A DNA stretch of 64,000 nt from the human T2T-CHM13v2.0 reference genome, Homo sapiens: NCBI RefSeq assembly GCF_009914755.1, contig NC_060932.1; one strand, given 5' to 3'. The translations under genes and the position numbers were made by a program. Under the pieces are notes generated by a model. That model was given only the letters and a program-made list of their open reading frames with translations, searched no databases and was not told where the DNA came from. Shown piece by piece: positions 15,090 to 28,225 of this stretch. Position 1 is the first letter of the stretch, and every line of letters begins with the position of its first letter.

Positions 15090-15316
15090 CAGCAATGTGA
15101 CTTTGTGGTTTTTGGTTGAAAGACTCTTCTAGATGGGTGGAATATTAATGCTCTGCTAATGAAACACTGCTAATTGGCTAGCAGAGAATTAGACTTGTCT
15201 TATTTTTCATCAAGGCTTAGTCCCTCTGGCTGTTCATATTGAACTCTTTAGTCTGGAATTGGTCACTGTGTTAAAATAAACACACGCTTATTATCTGAGG
15301 TGTTTTTAGCCTAGCA
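15088..15316 (-). repeat. Inverted duplication, left arm (reverse complement of 16257-16485)
   Basis: 229 bp, ungapped, 6 mismatches by manual alignment. Confidence 0.97.
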
Positions 15317-15529
15317 TATGATGGTGATGCTGGACTTGGTTTAGGCCACCAGGCCTACAGCAATAGGAACACAGCAAGATTTGTGGAGGACCAGATGACT
15401 CCATCCACAGTCTCTTCTCAGTCAGTAATCTCTATGGGAACTTTGCTGAATTTGGCTAGAGGCTGAGGTATGAGTGATACTACATACAACATCTCACACA
15501 CATATATCTAGCTAAAGAAAGCTGGGAAA

Positions 15530-15861
<332 letters not shown>

Positions 15862-16256
15862 TCACCACTCTTCACCAGGGTTCAGCTATCCCTTCTGCCA
15901 TAAATATGACTTCAGGGCTAGATTAAGGAATGCAGGTTTGTTCTGTTTAAGAGCAAACTGCCACATCTTATTTGTATTTATGCACAGGGACCTGGAAGAG
16001 TTTGGAGATATGAGAGGGGGTGAGCTGTGATTTCTCAACTTCACGGTTCTTTCTAACAGTGTTCAGTTATTTTATTTTTGAGGCAAACCAGCGTACATTT
16101 TGCTCAGTAGATCAAAATATTCATCAGAATTGTTTTGTTAATAATGACATTTAATAAATAGCTTCTGTCTCACCTTTTTAGGATATGATCTACAAATCCT
16201 TCCCAGGACCTAAAGAGTTTTTGAACTTTTAAAACGACAAGCATTTTATCTCAAAT

Positions 16257-16485
16257 TGCTAGGCTAAAAACACCTCAGATAATAAGCGTGTGTTTATTTT
16301 AACACAGTGACCTATTCCAGACTAAAGAGTTCAATATGAACAGCCAGAGGGGTTAAGCCTTGATGAAAAATAAGACAAGTCTAATTCCCTGCTAGCCAAT
16401 TAGCAGTGTTTCATTAGCAGAGCATTCATATCCCACCCATCTAGAAGAGTCTTTCAACCAAAAACCACAAAGTCACATTGCTGAT
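16257..16485 (+). repeat. Inverted duplication, right arm (probable donor copy)
   Basis: Reverse complement of 15088-15316; embedded in unique sequence on both sides. Confidence 0.97.
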
Positions 16486-16787
16486 TGCCTGCCAAAATCC
16501 ACTCTCCCGCCAGATTATACACAATCCCAGAGGCTCAGAAGACAGACAGTGCACAGGGAACTCTCATGAAAAAGTTAACAGGGATAAGTAAATATGTAAG
16601 TGGTCATGAGGGAAAAAACTGGTACCGGTAAGGTTTTGGGGAGCATTTCCTCACCTAAGTTTTTGTTTTTCATCATACAATATTTTATAGCATATTCATA
16701 TTTTTCCAAGATTGTCTTATATAACAATAACAATAAGCATTTGCATTTAAGTGTTTAGTTTACATAGTGGTTTTATTATACAGTATC

Positions 16788-17210
16788 TTTTTTAAAAACC
16801 CAAAACTTCTTTCAGTTTATTCAAAATAAAAATACACATAGAATTATGAAAATATAGGTTTACTATTTCCACCACATAGGTTGATGCTGCTGATGAAAGG
16901 CTTACAAACTGGTTTTCAAGTTTTTAAAACTCATCTTGATCCCTGAATATAGTATGCCTATATTCACGGGGTGTTAATTTCTGGAAGGAGCTCTCAGGTG
17001 GACAGCTTGCTACATCTTGGTCTTGCTCTCCTGGGGCGATATCGGTTGGGACAGGTCCATGATGGAATTCTCTGTGCAGTTGTCCAGAATGTAAGTCAAA
17101 TACAAATTGCTTGAGTTTTCCAGGAATTAATACATCTTCGAAGTCTCCAAACACATACATATGCCTAAAGCTGTCAATAGTGATTACAGGACAATCTGCT
17201 GGAGTTTTCT
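16788..17210 (-). pseudogene. ERP44: 5'-truncated processed pseudogene of ERP44 (ER protein 44 / TXNDC4): C-terminal ~94 codons plus proximal 3' UTR
   Basis: ORF 16924-17217 KTPADCPVITIDSFRHMYVFGDFEDVLIPGKLKQFVFDLHSGQLHREFHHGP...RDQDEF matches recalled ERp44 C-terminus (...RDRDEL) with ~14 substitutions; intronless; followed by UTR, AATAAA (16816-16821) and a short A run. Confidence 0.93.
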
Positions 17211-17529
17211 CCAGCATTTAAAGTGGAGAAGATCTCCATGAGGTAGGTGAACCCAATTCCATATGTGAGAAGTTCAGGTGTCTTACTTAATTAAGGTGCA
17301 CACCTCTTTGACTTAAACAAATTGTACAGCAAACACCCATGAGTGTTGGGGGACACTCATGTAAATGATTTTGGTTTGGTGTTAGGGACATAGAAAGAAG
17401 GATTTTAAAATAAAGACTATTTTTTTTATAAAAAGAGAGAATTGGGGATGCATATTGTAACTTCGGGGTGTGGCAGCTGCCCAGGTTCTACAGTTGCACA
17501 TCATAATAGTTTTTGCTCACGCTCAGACA

Positions 17530-17750
17530 TTAGATGGCCTTAGCTTCTTAACCCAGATTTTCCCTTGATGTACTCTGTAATCTCAGGGAAGCTAAATAAC
17601 CTAAGCCTCAGTTTTACCAATACGTAATGTGGGGAAAGTAATACCATCTCCCTCTTGGGGGTCATGAAAACAATGTCGTACTCTGCATAAAGTGGGCCTC
17701 CCAGTGCCTGGTACATACTAGGTATCACTGAGAGGAGGCTATTGTGATGA
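17530..17750 (+). mobile_element. MIR SINE
   Basis: aacctaagcctcagtttt...cagtgcctggtacata. Confidence 0.7.
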
Positions 17751-18051
17751 TTCTCGTCCATAGCTCCCAGAACCACAGAGAATACAGCCTTTGGGGTGGG
17801 GAGGTCACACAGTTCAGGTGGAGCTGCTGAGTTTGAGTTTAGGAGTCTACTTATTGCTGCTTAATAGGCAACAAGGGCTTGGAATACCGAATAGGGCTGT
17901 GCCAAGGAAACAAGTTGAGATAGCTCAGAGAATGGAGTTTCTTCTCTTCCTGGCCTTGTAAAAGCTGCGGTTGGCAAACACCTTTCTGAGTTCCCATGAA
18001 ATTCTCCACTTAGTTGTTTCTCTGTGGCTCACTATTAGTGAAATGCCCTCT

Positions 18052-18607
<556 letters not shown>

Positions 18608-18739
18608 TAAATGTTGATCAATGAATCAATGTGAGGTACACAAAGGTGTAGAAAAGTTGAAGTTTCAAATTATTAGCCAAGAAATGTATGCTGCCCCCTG
18701 CAATTGAAACATTTACCTGTGAGTTGTCAAGAATGGTAG

Positions 18740-19100
<361 letters not shown>

Positions 19101-19369
19101 GGGTAAGACTTTTAAGCAAACCCCACTGCAGAGAAATACTGTCTATTTCTCAACCTTCCCCCATCCCCCTTTTTCTCAACCTTCCTGCATCCCCTTCCTC
19201 CACTCCAATACATATCACTGAGAGAGCATATTCATATAAGTAGTACTAGTGTACTGCCAAAATAGTTTTTGTTGGAGCTTTTCGAATAGCACCCTTCTCT
19301 GCAAAATTCTGAACCAATTCAGGAATAAGACAAAGAAGAAAGGCAGATGGAAGGCCAAAGTGTCACATG

Positions 19370-19760
19370 TACTACTGATTGCACAGATGCCACTAGCTTC
19401 CCCATCTGTTCGCTCTCTTTGGGATCACATTTCCAAGGCTCCCTTGAAGTTAGGTGAGTCCACACGGCTGTGTTCCCTGCAGTGGAATGCAAGTGGCTAG
19501 GATGTCTCCATTTCCATGCATCCTTCCATTCATGATGCTTCACTCCCTTTTGCCTTTCTGGTGAACAGGAATGGATATTCAGGGAAACCCTGAAAGTTAC
19601 ACGTTGAAGAGAGCAGAGCAGAATGACTGCATGGAGGAGTGGAGTCCTACTTACCTGAACACTACCCTTGGACTGTGATGAGACAAAGAAATAAGCTTCC
19701 TCCCCTTTGGTTACCAGATTTGTTGGTGTCTTCTCTTATCACAGCTTAACCTTAATTCAT
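19370..19760 (+). mobile_element. MLT1-family LTR
   Basis: cacatttccaaggctcccttgaagttagg; gaatgactgcatggag; agaaataagcttc. Confidence 0.7.
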
Positions 19761-22390
19761 GATGAGGCTGATGTTGGAGACAATGTCTTACGTCTGTGTG
19801 TAGGCAAATCTCAGCATCAGGCAGACTTCTCCATCCAGCCCTTCTGACCAGGGTTTCCTCACGTTCTCCCTGCTCCTCATCCCCCAGGGCTGGCAGGATC
19901 CCAGCAGAAAGCTTGCGCCAATGACCCTCCCTGGGATTATAAATAACATTCTGGATAGCTGCTTCTGGAAAACACTTCGGATAGTTTTTTATGGAAGGGT
20001 GCGAGGAATAGAATTGGGAAGTGGAGATAAAAGGGAATAAATAAATAAAAGAAGAAGAAGTAGGGAAATAAGCTCCTTCTGTATTAGCCTGGAATCTAAC
20101 CCTGGTCCACAACCAACTCTACTTCTCTTTCATCAGCTACATTTTGGCATCCTGTCCACGTGCTCCCCTGAATCCAATCTTGGCTTGCTTAGATTGGTTT
20201 TTCTTTCCCACCTCAGCCCACACAGCTGGAAATTCTGCAGAAGCAGAAGTCTGCCAAAAACAATAGTTTTGCTAAATATCCAAAAACAAGGGAATTGTTA
20301 TATAAATTATGAAGTATCTTGTCAGTGGAGTATTATTCAATCATTGAACATGATAAACATGAAGCCTTTGTAACAACATAGAAAATGTCTCTGAAATCAT
20401 GTTACCAAAGAAAAAAAGCAACTCATCAAACTGCACGTGCAAGGTCGCCACAACATAAAACAATATACGCATGGGAAGAAAGCTTTGGATGAAACATGGA
20501 GAAAATAAAGCAATGATTGGGTTAGAATAGTGTGCTAAAAATATTTTTATTGTTTAATTAAACTTATTATTTTTAAATGATAAAAGAAATGGTTTTTTTG
20601 CTGTCCCTACTCAACGATGCTTCAAAGGGGTAGTACTCCTACCCCTCCTTACCAGCCCTGGGAATCACCCCAGTTGAGAGCAAAGAGATGCCTGGCAGAG
20701 CTCTGAGAGGGGCCTGACTCCAGACACCTCGTGGTCTGCACCAATTCAGACTCTGAACACAAAGCCTGCTGGTGCTTCCATATGTCCTTGCTTTATTTTT
20801 AAGGCTTTTAAGATTCTAAGCATTTTGATGGCGCTGTTGTCTCCCTTAGTAACTAGACACCCAAATAGAAATACTTCTAGCCTCCCTCCTCTCTGATGAT
20901 CATGGTTAACGTGACATTGTTATAGAGGGCTAATGGAAAATCTATGTCCTCAGATAATTTGAACAGATCAATATAACTCTCTACTGACAAAATTTATGAA
21001 TGTGGGATTTGCATTCCTTTCACTGTTCAGGAAGGTATTTATAACAGGGTCAACTTTTAGCTATTTTTGTCATCTTGAAATCTACATAACGAATGCATGT
21101 ATGAAAAGTACTCAATGCCAGCAGGATGCAAATTAATGCACACTGCACATATTTCTTACTTCAAAACATTTCATATCTCAGAAAGCTTAGTAGTTTATCA
21201 CTGTCCTCCCCATCTCTATCCCAGCAGCTGTGTCTTCTTGGTTGAAGGGAAAAGACAATGTGCAGTTGTCATTTGTGCGTACCAAGCCCTTGTCTTGGCC
21301 TCCCCAGTGTGAAATCTATGAGGGAAACTTTCCATAGATATGAACTCCTGGCTCCAGGCTTTTCAAAATGCCCACAGAGTTCAAGCAGCTTCAGATAAGG
21401 CCCTCAGACAAAGGAGAGAAACCACCCTGGGAGCAAATTAGACAGAAGGATAGAGAATATGACAGCTGAACAAACTGTAGGTATTCTTGCTCAGGGGGAT
21501 GAGAATTGAAAAAAACATAAGCAGCCACTGGATGAGATTAATAAATTTTTGACTAGGGAATTTGACCCTAAAACTCATTTCTCAGTTCAGTGGGGGCAGG
21601 AACAAATCACAGGCAGCTGACAGATGCATGCAACATACTGTGAGGCCGGGTGCAGAGAAGCAAGGCTTGCCCCAGGCAGCAGTCTCCTCTGTGGTCTCCC
21701 ACTCAGCCCCTGATCAGGTTTAGCCAGAGTTGGTCTTGGCCATAGAAAACCACATCACCCCTTTACCAACCTCCCTTCTCACCTCCAACCCTCTTTTTTC
21801 ATCTCACCCCATATCAAATACAATTGCCTAAGTTTCTATTCCCTTCTTTGTCTTCTGCAGAACTTTCTTTTTCCCCTATATTATTACTTATCACACTTTC
21901 TAGTAATTATTTATTGTGCTTGTTTCCACCATTATGCTTTGAGTATTCCTTGAGGACAATGTCTTTCTCCTATCTCTGTATCTCTGTATCCAACAGTGCC
22001 TAGGAATGGGCCTAGCACCTAGTAGGTGTTCAATAATCTTTCGTCATATTAGTATTGACTTTCTAACCTAGAGACAACCAGATTGTTCTCTTTCTAGACT
22101 GGAAGGCCTATGAGGAGAGAAAAGGGCTTTGTTATTCACCACTCTTATTCAGTCCTCAGCAAAAAGAAGTACCCATTAAGGATATATTGAAAATCAAATT
22201 ATTCTTTACAACACTCTTTCCAGAGATGTCTGCCTTCCATGGCCCCTTCACAGATACTTCTCCAGAAATACTAGGCGAGAGAGAGGACGAGCTATAATGT
22301 TGTTCACCATAAGAAATAATCTTTGTAATTACCCTCTGCTATAATGCTGATTCTATGTGGCATGCTCTGGAATTTGAACAGCAAACACAG

Positions 22391-22505
22391 GACTCAGTGT
22401 CAGGCCCATCACACTGTAGCCTCCTAGATGTGCTTATACAAATGATGGGGGAGGTATAAACACATCTAGGAGGCTACAGTGTGACATGGGGCATGATACT
22501 GAGTC
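22391..22505. repeat. Long inverted repeat / hairpin (~50-bp arms, 14-nt loop)
   Basis: gactcagtgtcaggcccatcacactgtagcctcctagatgtgcttatac pairs with gtataaacacatctaggaggctacagtgtgacatggggcatgatactgagtc. Confidence 0.95.
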
Positions 22506-22583
22506 AAATAATAATGGATGTTACTAAATCTGAATACCTCTGTGCCAAGCAAAGATGAAGATGTTCCCTATGAGCTAGAATAG

Positions 22584-22936
22584 TGATGTAGTTTGGCAGT
22601 GTCCCCACCCAAATCTCATTTTGAATTGTAATAATCCCCACTTGTGAAGAGTGGAGCCAGGTGGAGGTAACTGAATCATGGGGGAGGTTCCCCCATAATG
22701 TTCCTGTTTTGGTGAATAAGTCTCATGATATCTGATGGTTTTATAAAGGAGAGTTGCCCTTGCACACACTCTCTTGCCTGACGCCATGTAAGATGTGCCT
22801 TTTTTCGCCTTTGCCTTCTGCCATGATTGTGAGGCCTTCTCAGCCATGTGGAACTGAATGTATTAAACTTCTTTCCTTTGTAAATTACACAGTCTTGGGT
22901 ATGTCTTTATTAGCAGTGCTAGAACAGACTAATACA
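22584..22936 (+). mobile_element. THE1 (C/D-like) solo LTR
   Basis: TG...CA termini, tttggcagtgtccccacccaaatctcat, agaacagactaataca; 5-bp TSD aatag at 22579-22583 and 22937-22941. Confidence 0.92.
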
Positions 22937-23156
22937 AATAGGGTGAAAAGTTTTAACATGAGCTTTAAGCTGCATTTTCCATGTAACCATCACATCCCAA
23001 AGGACTTTTTTGTTTTTTTAATTGAAATGGAAACTTCTTATTTTGTACTTGGAAATGCAGCATTGTCTTCTGAATTCATTAAAATTTTGTAGTCATACTT
23101 CTAGTTCAAGGTATAAGAATGTAATAAGAAAAGGTTTCTCCCTTTCTTTCATGTTA

Positions 23157-23601
<445 letters not shown>

Positions 23602-24071
23602 TCAGAATTCCAGTGTTTTTGCTGTGTTTATGAGTTAAATTTAAACAACTCTTGTATGCTATTTAAGTGGGTAAAAAAGGAAATTTTGACCAAGAAAGCA
23701 AGTCTTATCAGTATAAGGTCACTAATCTTAAACAGGATATTTTAGAGAAATAAAGTGTCTTGACTCAGTTGAAACTTGGACAAAGAGGAAAGTAGTGAGT
23801 TATGAAAAAGTCCTAGTATGTTAAAAATAAGTGGAATTAAAATTCACTGATAGACCAAAGAAACTAAAAGGCTTTGGACTAGTCACTGTTTTTCTTTCCA
23901 ACAAATGTGTATCAGTATTTTAATAGTTCTTCAACTGAAGTGTTTTATAGAAATATTGAATAGAACGGAAGTGTTTTACAGAAATATTGCAAAGCTCAGA
24001 AGAGGCAATAAAAGCTGGACAATTAAAGGAAAAAACAAGGATTTCGGATTCTTGCAAATTTGGGTTCACTC

Positions 24072-24185
24072 ATAAGGCAACTAGTTGTCCTGGTTTGCAT
24101 GGAACTGAGGGATTTCCGAGGATGCAGGACATTCAGGGCTAACTCCAGCATTGTCCTAGGCAAACTGGGACAGCTGATCATCCTA
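24072..24185. mobile_element. MER81-like hAT-Blackjack MITE
   Basis: Inverted ends tgtcctggtttgc / gcaaactgggaca with gaactgagggatttcc core. Confidence 0.7.
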
Positions 24186-25110
24186 ATTTCTAGTTCTAAA
24201 ACTTTCTATCCAAAGGAATTCATTCCAAATACTGCCCCAAATTCTAGTTTCTTCCTCTCTAAAATGGGAATCATGGGTTGTTGTGAAAACTTAAGATAAA
24301 AGTACAGGTCCTAAGATGTTCAACTTGTATTTGGCAATCAGTTCTAATGGTAGAGATATTAAGTAAGATTAAAATCTCACCCAAACTCTATATTTGACCT
24401 TCTTTTACCCATCAGACAAAGAATTTGCATTATTTTACCATATTCTTCTTCATGTAGCCAAGTATACTCTTCATATTTTCAATTCAATGGGGTTGTGAAA
24501 AACTGTAAATCTTCCCAAATGTTGAGAATCTGAATAGAGCCATTGATTTATTTTAAGCTTCTTTAGAAAATTGATTTTATGTCAATTCCAAAAGGAGTAA
24601 GTTTTCCCTCTTTCTGAAACTCCAGACATTCTGAGAACTCTTCAATGAGCCTGAAGCCATCTAACACTTGGGCAGGTTGGAAGCCATCTTTGATGATAGT
24701 GAGCTACTAACAAATCTAGATGGATGTCAATATCCAAAGACTGCTATGGGCAGGGGGCATTGCTGTGAGCCACCAAAGATTCTGTCCCATGCATGTTTGA
24801 ATTGTAAAAATAAAGGAAAGTCCTTTGGGTCAATATGAGAGATGTTGGAAAGTAGATCCATCTCTGAAAGAAACTTTCAGGAATTATGCAAAGTGTCTTG
24901 GCCCCTGTTGACTGTCTGGGATCAGGAACAGATTGCTGTCTCAATAAGGTATTGGACTGGAAATCAGAAAAAAAATCCTAGACTCAAGACAGTCAAGTAT
25001 ACCAGCTTAAATAATGGTGACAATCTTCCCAGTCAGACCAAACATCAAAAACAAAAGCAGAAAAATAATTGTCACTTACTCCCTACTGGGCAAAGTAGTT
25101 GCTGAAGTGA

Positions 25111-25417
<307 letters not shown>

Positions 25418-25611
25418 CCGTTTGGTTTTTTTAATCTGTACAGAACTGAGCCAGGAAGGAGCAAACTGTTGCTGCTGACAGCAAAGGTGAGTTGAGGCAG
25501 ACAGGGACTAATATCATGGTACCAGGTGGTTTCTGAAATTTGATGTTTTTCAAAAGATGTTCCTTAATACTGAACGTGAATGTCACTAGCTATTGTTTAA
25601 TTAAATAGTGA

Positions 25612-26015
<404 letters not shown>

Positions 26016-26719
26016 TAATTAACCTCACCATGCATCTGAGCAAACAAGATGGAAGAAAAAACCTCTAAGTTCCTTCCCCTGTGCCCCTTCACTATAAGTC
26101 ATGTCTATCGTGATAGACATGAAGAGGATTCATGATAGCTGGCCAACCTTTAAAAATTATATACTGACAATGAAATTACAATGATCCCAGTAAGAAGCAA
26201 GGGTAGAATATCAGTAAAGAGATTAATGTCCTTGAATAGGGAAGTCTCTAGAAACTCAAACACCAAGAGATAAAGAGAATGCTGGGGAAAATAGCATACA
26301 AAGAGAAAAAGAGAGGAAGAAAGAAAAGAGAAGGAGTTGGCTTGAATCTCTAAGCATAATATTAATATATCTAAAACTCTCAAAGAGCTAAGAAATGTGA
26401 AGCATGCTAAGATAGCAAACACACATTTTGGAAAGTAAATATGTATTTTGCAAGTAAAAATGTATTTGTCAGGTGCCTGGGCTACTGATGTAATCTTAAC
26501 AGGTGACAGGGAGATAGAAGGGAACTCAATTTGGATTTTGCATTGGTCTGCTTTGTCAGCAAGCATGATTTTATGCTATCCTGAAAAGGATAGAATAAAT
26601 ATTGATAGATGTGTAAGGTCTAATAAAGCAGCACCTGGCCTCTCTGAAGTGGTTTGGTTCCCTGGCTGTATAAACACACATCCATGGTGGAGTGTGCTTC
26701 AAGAATGTGCAGTACTTTG

Positions 26720-27995
26720 TGGGATTGTGGAAACTCGATAAATGTGTTCCCACTTATCTAAAAAAGATGTAAATGGATCCTGTCATTTATGGACTAGTGA
26801 GCTTGACATCAAATCCAGGCAAATCTCTGGGATGGAATATTAATAAGTTGATCTGTGAGCATGTACAAGGGGAAGTGGTGAACACTAGCAGACACCACAG
26901 GACCCATAAAGAACAAATCATGCCAAACTGATTCCACACACACACACACACACACAGTCTCTAGAATAGTGGAAGTAAATGCTTCAGATGAATCTGGATT
27001 GCAGAAAAGTCTTTGACAAGGTCTTTCATGACATTCTTATAGAAGAAGTGGAAATATATATGGAGAGAGAAAACAAAGGTAAACTCCCATTTCGTGATTA
27101 TTACATCTGGAATCTCGCCAAAAGACTACAAAAATTAATGCATGTTGTCTGCATTGGGGAGGTCTTTTTCAAAGTTAAATTAATAACAAATGATACCATT
27201 TCAATCAGTTGTGTAAACTACATGGAAAAGGGAGGAATACCTAATATATTGAATGGAAAATTGTTGAATTGTTTTGTGGAGGTAAGTAACTGGAAGTCAT
27301 GGTGCTTTCTGAGAAAAAGTATTTTACTATTTTACTTGGTCAGTTCAGCACAGTTAAACAGGTGGCACCAGATATAAATATGTGAGGAAAAAATTATGAG
27401 TTAAATCTGGAGAAAATTCTATGAATTTAACTTATTCTGTGAATTGATAAGAAAGCACATCAATTAATTTAAAAGTGTAGACTGAAGAACTCCAGGTTCA
27501 CTTGGAGCATAGTCTGAAAAGCATTGTATTGTACTAAGTATCCAGATTTATTTTTCTGGAATCAAGATTTTTTAAAGGATGAGAACAATTGATTGATATT
27601 TAAATAAGATACAGTTCTACACTAAGAAGGGTCCAATTATAGAAGGATAAGGTATGTCTGAACAGCAACATGGAAATGTTTCTGGATTTTCCCTAAGTGT
27701 AAAACATTCACACTAATGTTGTAAAAGAGAAGCCAGAATTTAAATGTGAATTTAGGCTCTGTTAAAGAGGTATGTTCATTCATGAAACAAAAGGCATGAT
27801 GGTACCTTCAACTCCATGCTGATTTGTGTTGTTCTGAGAACCACACACTATACGGGATATTGACAAGCTGGAGTACATACCGTAGAGAATGTTCAGGATG
27901 GCAAAGCCATAAAATAATTATGTTATATGAGGAATAGATGCAGGAACTAGAATTGTTTAGCAGGAGGAGAGAAGTTGCAGGGAGACTGTTGTCTT
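26720..27995 (+). mobile_element. L3/CR1 LINE fossil (RT region and 3' part), with (CA)n at ~26936-26956
   Basis: gtgagcttgacatcaaatccaggcaa (VSLTS-PGK), aagaacaaatcatgccaaact (KNKSCQT), LDCRKVFDKVFHDIL like CR1 LDFSKAFDKV-HDIL; attgacaagctggag. Confidence 0.8.
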
Positions 27996-28117
27996 CAATT
28001 TCTCTGGGTGTGGGCTAATACACCTATAACCAGTGGGGCTGGGAAAGAATAGTGTTGAGTGAAGCCCAGAGCCAATGTGGAATAATCTCAAGGGTGACCG
28101 CTATCAGAGTTAGGACA

Positions 28118-28225
28118 ATTTTTTTTCATTTTATTACTTTTGCAATTTCCATTTTTATTTTAGATTCAGGGGGTACATGTGCATGTTTATTACAAGGGTC
28201 TATTGCATGATGCTAAGGTTTGGGT
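28118..28225 (-). mobile_element. Old L1P 3' end fragment
   Basis: ttttattttagattcagggggtacatgtgcatgttt...attgcatgatgctaaggtttggg. Confidence 0.8.

Noticed and set aside
23937-23989. 22-bp direct repeat gaagtgtttta(t/c)agaaatattg; similar short duplications at ~4848-4905, ~19146-19195 and ~38250-38290
   Set aside because: Two or three copies only; ordinary slippage duplications, not an array
25444-25486. Possible 43-nt exon (ctgtacag...AAAG/gtgagt); likewise 48211-48272
   Set aside because: A few consensus donors are expected by chance in 64 kb, and there is no recognisable coding frame or linked exon chain; needs RNA evidence
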